Below, one piece after another: positions 58,036 through 64,000 of a DNA stretch of 64,000 nt (position 1 is its first letter; each line of letters opens with the position of its first letter). The stretch is from an uncultured delta proteobacterium (GTDB taxonomy: Bacteria > Desulfobacterota > Binatia > UBA9968). The notes below the pieces were generated by a model. That model was not told where the DNA came from and made no database searches. It was given only the letters and a program-made list of their open reading frames with translations. Location of the stretch: positions 1-64,000 of the forward strand of contig CAWFJP010000030.1 of the NCBI GenBank assembly GCA_963816145.1, in the 5' to 3' direction. The translations under genes were made by a program, and so were the position numbers.

Positions 58036-59730
58036 TTATTCCGCGATACCGATCTTCGCCCCCAATTTGCGCGCAATCATAGCCATAAGCACCAGCAACA
58101 AAACCATCAGCACCCCGAGCGCGCAAACATAGGTGTATTGGCCGCCCTCCCATAAATCGAACGCCATGATCGACAACACCGTGCTGTTATACGAATAGAG
58201 TAAGATCGATGTCGACAGCTCGCGCAAGGCGATGATGCTGATATAGATCCAGCCCGCGGTGAAGCCAGGCATCAGCAGCGGCAGAATGATTTTCCAAAAC
58301 GTCTGGAACCAAGTGCCGCCGGCGGTGAGCGACGCTTCTTCCAATTCTTTGTTAATCTGAATCATCGAAGCCGACGCGGCGCGTATGCCATAGGGAATGT
58401 ATTTGGTCATGTACGCCAGCAGCAAGACCCAAATTGTTCCGTAAATCGGAATCGGCAGGGTTAAGTAAACCCAGATCAAGCTCACGCCCAGGACGATGCC
58501 CGGCATGGCGATCGGTATAAATGCCATGCTGTCGAGAAACGCCCGGCCGGGCAATTTGGTTTTCACGGTGATCCAGGCGATCACCGAGGTCAGCAACATC
58601 ACCAACGTCGCGGTACCGACGGAGAGATAAAAACTATTCTTGAACGCCGTCGCCGCCAACGGATAATTGAGAATATATTGATAGTTGCCCCAGGTCATTT
58701 TCTCCGCAAGTTCCCAGGATGGCACGCCATAATAAGGAATAAACGACGACCAGAGGAGGACGAATATCGGCAGGATGACCGCGAGTAAGAATATTAAGAA
58801 CGAGATGCCAAGCGTGAGCCACTTCCAATTGCCCAAATCGACCACGCGCGGACGATAACCTTTGCCGGTCACAGTCGCGTAGCGTTCTTCTTTACGCGTG
58901 ATCTTCCGGTAAACGAGCACGCCGACCGTGCTGATCGCCAACAAAGTCACGGCATAGGCACCGGCCAAGCCGAAGTCCGAAGGGAACTGATGAATCGCGA
59001 GAAAAATCTTGGTCGTGAAGACCGAGATCTTCGCCGGCACGCCAATCAACGCCGGCACCTCGAAGGCCTCGATCCCGCGAATGAAATTGATCAAGAGCAC
59101 GCTCACCATGGCGGGCCGCATGAGCGGCAGCGTCACCGTGCGAAAGGTCTGAAAGGTGCTCGAGCCTGCGGTCATGGCCGCCTCTTCGAGAGATGTATCC
59201 ATGTTACGGAAGGCCGCGGACATCAGCAGGAAAACCAACGGGTAAAGATGAATCGACTCGGCAAAGATCATGCCCCACATCGAATAGATATTGAACGGCG
59301 CCGCTTCCAGGCCCAACGCCCCCTTCACAACGATGTTGATCAGACCGATCTTCGGGCTCAGCAACAAAATCCATGAAATCGTGCTCAAGATCCCGGGGAT
59401 AATGAACGGGATCAACGACATGACCATGAATAGCTTCTTGAACGGCGTGTTGGTGCGCTCGCTCACCCAGGCGAGAAAGGTGCCGATCAGAAACGTCAGC
59501 GTGCAAGTGCCGATGGCGTAATAGACCGAATTGAGCAGGAGTAAATAAAACTCCTTGTCGGCATAAGCCTTGACGTAATTGGCGACGGTATAATGCGCGC
59601 CGGGCTCGCCGATGGGAGCGCTTCTGATGCTGCCATACAGCAGCATCAGAAGCGGGATCCCAGCAAGATATAAGACGAAAAGAGTGCAGCCTACGAGGAT
59701 GAGAGACTGGGAATTGAAACGATTCCCCAT
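58036..59730 (-). CDS. fused two-domain ABC permease (FbpB-like)
   Basis: Two EEA loops (LEEAA and LEEAS); YATVTGKGYRP linker. Confidence 0.92.
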   Translation of the reverse strand: MGNRFNSQSLILVGCTLFVLYLAGIPLLMLLYGSIRSAPIGEPGAHYTVANYVKAYADKEFYLLLLNSVYYAIGTCTLTFLIGTFLAWVSERTNTPFKKLFMVMSLIPFIIPGILSTISWILLLSPKIGLINIVVKGALGLEAAPFNIYSMWGMIFAESIHLYPLVFLLMSAAFRNMDTSLEEAAMTAGSSTFQTFRTVTLPLMRPAMVSVLLINFIRGIEAFEVPALIGVPAKISVFTTKIFLAIHQFPSDFGLAGAYAVTLLAISTVGVLVYRKITRKEERYATVTGKGYRPRVVDLGNWKWLTLGISFLIFLLAVILPIFVLLWSSFIPYYGVPSWELAEKMTWGNYQYILNYPLAATAFKNSFYLSVGTATLVMLLTSVIAWITVKTKLPGRAFLDSMAFIPIAMPGIVLGVSLIWVYLTLPIPIYGTIWVLLLAYMTKYIPYGIRAASASMIQINKELEEASLTAGGTWFQTFWKIILPLLMPGFTAGWIYISIIALRELSTSILLYSYNSTVLSIMAFDLWEGGQYTYVCALGVLMVLLLVLMAMIARKLGAKIGIAE

Positions 59731-59765
59731 ATGGAAGCCGATCTACGAACGAAGGCCATTAGCCG

Positions 59766-60581
59766 TTATTGATTGATGTTATGAACCACTTGATCGGCGA
59801 TCATCGTCTTCTTAACTTCTTCTTCGATGAGAGTCCAAAGCTCGTCTTCATACTTCAGGAACATGGGATCGCGTTTGATCGACAAATCGCGCGGCCGGGG
59901 GAGGGCGATCGGAATCATCTTCTTCACTCGCCCTGGACGCGAACCGAAAACGATAACTCGATCGGCCAAGTAGATCGCTTCATTGATTTGATGGGTAATA
60001 AAGAGCACGGTCTTGCCCGACTCTTTCCAGATGCGCAACAGCTCGGCCTGCATGATTTCCCGGGTTTGGGCGTCCAAGGCGGCGAAGGGCTCGTCCATGA
60101 TGAGAATCTTCGGATCCACAGTGAGCGCCCGGGCGAGATTGCAGCGCTGCTGCATGCCGCCGGAGAGTTCATGGGGGTAATGATCTTCGAATCCCTGCAA
60201 TCCGACCAGTTTAATAAAACCACGCGCCCGCTCGATCCCCTCGGCGTTATCCAATCCTTGGCATTCAAGGCCGAACAGGACGTTCTTCAAAACCGTGCGC
60301 CACGGCATCAAGCAAGAGTCCTGGAAGACCATGCCACGGTCGATGCCAGGGCCCGTAACCTTTTTGCCGTCGATCGAAATATGTCCGGCCGTCGGCTTGA
60401 GCAGACCGTCGCACAAGTTGATGAATGTAGTTTTGCCGCAGCCGCTAGGTCCGACGATGGTGACGAACTCGCCCTCATTAACTTCGAGGTTGACCTGGTC
60501 CAAGGCCAATAACCTGCCGCCGGTGCGCGGCTGATAATACTCATGCCGCAATCCTACTGCCTGTAGTTTTGTCTGTGCCAC
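59766..60581 (-). CDS. ABC ATP-binding protein, NitT/TauB-like
   Basis: GPSGCGKT, LSGGMQQR, DEPFAALDAQTR and LPRPR motifs. Confidence 0.92.
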   Translation of the reverse strand: MAQTKLQAVGLRHEYYQPRTGGRLLALDQVNLEVNEGEFVTIVGPSGCGKTTFINLCDGLLKPTAGHISIDGKKVTGPGIDRGMVFQDSCLMPWRTVLKNVLFGLECQGLDNAEGIERARGFIKLVGLQGFEDHYPHELSGGMQQRCNLARALTVDPKILIMDEPFAALDAQTREIMQAELLRIWKESGKTVLFITHQINEAIYLADRVIVFGSRPGRVKKMIPIALPRPRDLSIKRDPMFLKYEDELWTLIEEEVKKTMIADQVVHNINQ

Positions 60582-60715
60582 AATGCCTCCTAAAATATTT
60601 TGGCGTTTTGCCGCAATTCAACTCGTTGCAAGTTAACCGAAAGCGGGAATGGGCGCTTTGGTCGGATGACTCCTTATCATTTTCTACCGTTTATTCAAGC
60701 AGAAAGTTGACTACG

Positions 60716-60774
60716 TTGACAACCCTTACCGGATCGGATAGTTTCCGCAGCGTTGCATAAACTATTTTATGCAA
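60716..60774 (+). promoter_or_regulatory. sigma70 promoter plus palindromic operator upstream of gntR
   Basis: TTGACA(60716-21)-17-TAGTTT(60739-44); TTGCATAAA-CTAT-TTTATGCAA at 60753-60774. Confidence 0.7.
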
Positions 60775-60784
60775 AGTCGATCCG

Positions 60785-61504
60785 ATGAATTTTCCACTCA
60801 AGAAATCAAAAACTAAAACGCACGCCGTCGAAAATCTCTCAGCTCGCGTTTACAACCAAATTAAACAGTTGATCCTGTGCAACGAAATCATGCCGGGACA
60901 AAAACTGCATCATCAACAACTCAGTGAACGTCTCGGCGTCAGTCGCACTCCGGTTCGTGAAGCGTTGACCCGACTCGTGCAGGAAGGTTACGTTTCCTTT
61001 CTGCCGAACCGCGGTTTTACCTGCAAAGAAATTAGATTACAAGAGGCGGAAGAGCTTTATGAACTGCGCGAATCGCTCGAAGCCTTCGCCGTTGAAAAGG
61101 CGGTCGAAAAACTGACCGACCAGGCCCTCGCCGAGCTGCGCCGAAGGATGGACTCCTACGGCCACGACGTGTACAACCGCTTCACCCGGGATCGTCTGGT
61201 CTACGACCAGGATGTTCATCTCCATATCGCACAAATCGCCGGCAACGAAACCCTGAAGAACACCTTGAGCCACGTCTTTGAGCGCATCGTGCTCAAGCGC
61301 CGAACCGACGGCATTTACGATCCGGCGCGCGGGGTCACGGCCCATCAAGAGCATGTCGAGTTATTGGGCGCGATGGCCCGGCGCGACGCTAAGGCCGCCG
61401 TCGCGCTCGTGCGCAATCATATCCAGGCCGGCAAGAAAAATGTCATTGCCGACCTGCGGCAACGCCAAGCAATCCGCGAGCTGCGGCCCGCGGACTTAAA
61501 CTAA
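60785..61504 (+). CDS. GntR/FCD family transcriptional regulator
   Basis: LGVSRTPVREAL HTH; FCD domain with D..H and EH. Confidence 0.93.
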   Translation: MNFPLKKSKTKTHAVENLSARVYNQIKQLILCNEIMPGQKLHHQQLSERLGVSRTPVREALTRLVQEGYVSFLPNRGFTCKEIRLQEAEELYELRESLEAFAVEKAVEKLTDQALAELRRRMDSYGHDVYNRFTRDRLVYDQDVHLHIAQIAGNETLKNTLSHVFERIVLKRRTDGIYDPARGVTAHQEHVELLGAMARRDAKAAVALVRNHIQAGKKNVIADLRQRQAIRELRPADLN

Positions 61505-61536
61505 GACCAGAAAAACAATCGAAGAAAGGGAGAATT

Positions 61537-62907
61537 ATGGCAGCAGATTTAGTTATCAAAGGCGGTTGGGTGGTCACACCCGATGCAACATTTAGAGGCG
61601 GCGTGGCGATCAGCAACGAAGTCATCGTCGCCATTGGCGCGGACGACTCATTGCCCGACGGCAAAGAGGTCATCGACGTCAAAGGCAAACATATTTTGCC
61701 AGGATTATTCGATGGCCATGTCCACTTCCGTGAACCCGGCATGACCCACAAAGAGGATTTCAACACCGGCTCCACCGCAGCCGTCTGCGGCGGCATCACC
61801 ACCGTCGTCGACATGCCCAACACCGTCCCGCCCACGGCAGACGCCGAGCAAGTTAAGGTCAAGAAGGAATTGGGCGAGGCCAAGTCGCTGGTCGACTTCG
61901 GCATCACCGGCGTCGTCGTGCAAACCAACACCAAGGATATTCTACCCATGGCAGCTGCCGGCGCCATCGGTTACAAGATTTTCTTCGGCGAAACCATCGG
62001 CAACCTGCCCTTCCCCGACGACGGCATGTGCGTCGAAGCTTTCGACTACATCGCGCAGTCGAAGTTGCCGTTGGGCATCCACGCGGAAAACCGCCAGATC
62101 ATGGCCTACTGCACCAATAAGCTAAAAACCGAAGGCAAGAATGAAGCACGCTACTGGGAAGCCTCCCGGCCCGACATCTGCGAAGCGGAGTCGGTGCATC
62201 ACGCGATCTTCTTCGCCGAAACCTTTGGCACCAAGCTCCATGTTTTCCATATGAGCTCGAAGCAAGCCGCGTATATGGTTCGCGACGCCAAGGCGCGGGG
62301 CATGAGAATCACCGCGGAAACCGGCCCGCATTACTTGCTGCGCGAGCCCAATGACATGGACAACGTCGGCTCATTGCTGAAGATGAATCCTCCCGTCCGC
62401 ACCAAGGACCACGCCGAAGTCCTCTGGCAAGGGCTGCGTGAAGGTTTCGTCGACACGCTCGCCACCGACCACTCGCCGCACACCTTGGACGAGAAGGGCT
62501 CGGACATTTACGGCAAGCTCACCAAGCCGGCGATTTGGGACTGCATCTCCGGCTTCTGCGGCGTTGAAACCGGTGTGCCGCTCATCTTGACCGAGGTAAA
62601 TAAGGGCCGCCTGACCTTGAATCAATATGTCAAGGTCGCTTCCGAGAACCCAGCCAAGGTTTGGCAGGTCTATCCGAAAAAAGGCGCGATTAGGCTCGGC
62701 TCCGACGGCGACATTACGGTCGTCGATATGGACAAGGAAGGCACCATCGACGTCAACAAGCTGCACAGCAAAAACAAACCGTCGCCCTGGCATGGCTGGA
62801 AGGTCAAAGGCATGCCAGTGCTCACCGTCGTTCGCGGTCACGTCCAGATGAGAGACGGCGAACCCTGCGGCAAAGCGATCGGCAAAGCCCTCAAGCCGAT
62901 CATCTAG
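61537..62907 (+). CDS. allantoinase/dihydroorotase-family cyclic amidohydrolase
   Basis: DGHVHFREPG, DMPNT, GYKIF, HAEN, KMNPP and TDHSPH motifs. Confidence 0.88.
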   Translation: MAADLVIKGGWVVTPDATFRGGVAISNEVIVAIGADDSLPDGKEVIDVKGKHILPGLFDGHVHFREPGMTHKEDFNTGSTAAVCGGITTVVDMPNTVPPTADAEQVKVKKELGEAKSLVDFGITGVVVQTNTKDILPMAAAGAIGYKIFFGETIGNLPFPDDGMCVEAFDYIAQSKLPLGIHAENRQIMAYCTNKLKTEGKNEARYWEASRPDICEAESVHHAIFFAETFGTKLHVFHMSSKQAAYMVRDAKARGMRITAETGPHYLLREPNDMDNVGSLLKMNPPVRTKDHAEVLWQGLREGFVDTLATDHSPHTLDEKGSDIYGKLTKPAIWDCISGFCGVETGVPLILTEVNKGRLTLNQYVKVASENPAKVWQVYPKKGAIRLGSDGDITVVDMDKEGTIDVNKLHSKNKPSPWHGWKVKGMPVLTVVRGHVQMRDGEPCGKAIGKALKPII

Positions 62908-62912
62908 TAGTT

Positions 62913-62996
62913 ACGTATGAAGTAGGAAGGTGGAAGGATGAAGTAAGGATAGAATCCGAACTTCATCCTTCATCCCTCATCCTTCCGCTTTTCCTT
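62913..62996. repeat. heptamer-based inverted repeat (GGATGAA/TTCATCC type)
   Basis: GTATGAAGTAGGAAGGTGGAAGGATGAAG...CTTCATCCTTCATCCCTCATCCTTCC. Confidence 0.7.
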
Positions 62997-63009
62997 CTAA
63001 GGATTCCCG

Positions 63010-63921
63010 ATGAAACGCACCGAAGCATTCGACTTCTACCAACCGGCGACGCTCCAAGAAGCGAGCCGGCTGCTAAAGGAAAACGGCCCCGGCGGCCGGT
63101 TTCTTGCTGGCGGGACCGATTTGGTCATCGCCATGAAAGAAAAAGGACTGCTGCCCAAATACATCGTCGACTTGAAGCGTTTGCCCGGGCTCAGCGGGAT
63201 TCGCGAAAAAAGCGACGGCAGCATCAGCTTGGGTGCGCTGACCACACTGCATGAAATCGAAACCTCGGCATTGATCCAAAAGAAATATCCGTTTTTGGCG
63301 CAAAGCGCCGCCGAGGTGGGCTCCATCCAGATCCGCAATCGCGCCACCATCGGCGGCAACATGGCCAACGCCTCGCCGTCGGCCGATACTTCACCGGCGC
63401 TTATGGCGCTGAGCGCCTCAGCGAAAATCGCCAGCGCGACCGGGGAAAGAGTCATGGCCCTGGACGAATTTTTCAAAGGTCCGGGTCAGAACGCGATGAA
63501 CCCGGACGAGATCTTGACTGAAGTTACCATCCCCAAAACCGCCACGAGCCTGGTAGGCGAATATATCAAATTCTCGCCGCGCGAAATGATGGATCTTGCA
63601 TACGTCGGTGTCGCCGTGGTTTACCATTTGGCGGTGAATGACAAGAAATGCACCGCCGTTCGAATCGTTCTCGGCGCCGTCGCGCCGACGCCGATGCGCG
63701 CCAAACGCGCCGAAGCGGCCTTGGAAGGGCAAGTTCTCAGCGAAGCTTTGGCCGAAAGGGTCGGCCAGATCGCCGCTGAAGAAGCCAAACCGATCAGCGA
63801 CGTCCGGTCAAGCGCCGATTATCGCCGCGCCATGGTCGGCACGATGACCAAACGTGCGCTGCTCAACGCCGCCGTAGGCCCAGCCCAATCCTGGGTCGAA
63901 CGCCGCGATCGAAGATACTAA
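63010..63921 (+). CDS. FAD-binding subunit of a xanthine dehydrogenase/CoxM-family molybdenum hydroxylase
   Basis: AGGTDL, QIRNRATIGGN, ASPSAD and DVRSSADYR motifs. Confidence 0.93.
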   Translation: MKRTEAFDFYQPATLQEASRLLKENGPGGRFLAGGTDLVIAMKEKGLLPKYIVDLKRLPGLSGIREKSDGSISLGALTTLHEIETSALIQKKYPFLAQSAAEVGSIQIRNRATIGGNMANASPSADTSPALMALSASAKIASATGERVMALDEFFKGPGQNAMNPDEILTEVTIPKTATSLVGEYIKFSPREMMDLAYVGVAVVYHLAVNDKKCTAVRIVLGAVAPTPMRAKRAEAALEGQVLSEALAERVGQIAAEEAKPISDVRSSADYRRAMVGTMTKRALLNAAVGPAQSWVERRDRRY

Positions 63922-63923
63922 GA

Positions 63924-63988
63924 CCGTGGTCGTGTTCGTGATCTTGATCTAACGGACACGCGCCAAGCACACGATCACGAACACGAGG
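63924..63988. repeat. hexamer inverted repeat (CGTGNT/ANCACG)
   Basis: CCGTGGTCGTGTTCGTGATC...CACGATCACGAACACGAG. Confidence 0.55.
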
Positions 63989-64000
63989 TTGTCATGAACA

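Noticed and set aside
63994-64000. Start of a CoxS-like 2Fe-2S gene
   Set aside because: Only 7 nt are visible; expected from context but not verifiable.

Overview
GC-rich bacterial chromosome segment. The gene content (UbiD paralogues, orphan NMT1/SsuA-type binding proteins, LLM, amidohydrolase and cupin genes, many intergenic palindromes) resembles Candidatus Binatia/Binatota; this is an inference. Housekeeping genes: rimP-nusA-ylxR-infB-DUF503-rbfA-truB, pckG, dnaB, queF, thiE, ilvD, pyk, an NtrBC-like sigma54 two-component system and a ChdC/HemQ. Accessory metabolism: a three-subunit scnBAC-like cobalt nitrile/thiocyanate hydrolase; an NAD-linked formate dehydrogenase with a MobA-MoaD fusion and an AOR; two heme-oxygenase-like diiron (PqqC/CADD) proteins; a Peptidase_Mx plus Ddl-like ATP-grasp pair; and a GntR-flanked catabolic region (ABC, UbiD, a sigma54-driven stand-alone PaaA-like diiron protein with a small partner and a cupin, then divergently a cyclic amidohydrolase and CoxM). 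Non-coding signals: three DnaA boxes upstream of dnaB, two sigma54 promoters, several apparently leaderless promoters, two pseudogene remnants and several REP/MITE families, including a triple-nested element with a 3-bp target duplication. No rRNA, tRNA, CRISPR array, prophage or transposase was seen. Many starts were re-chosen by eye from RBS or promoter context.
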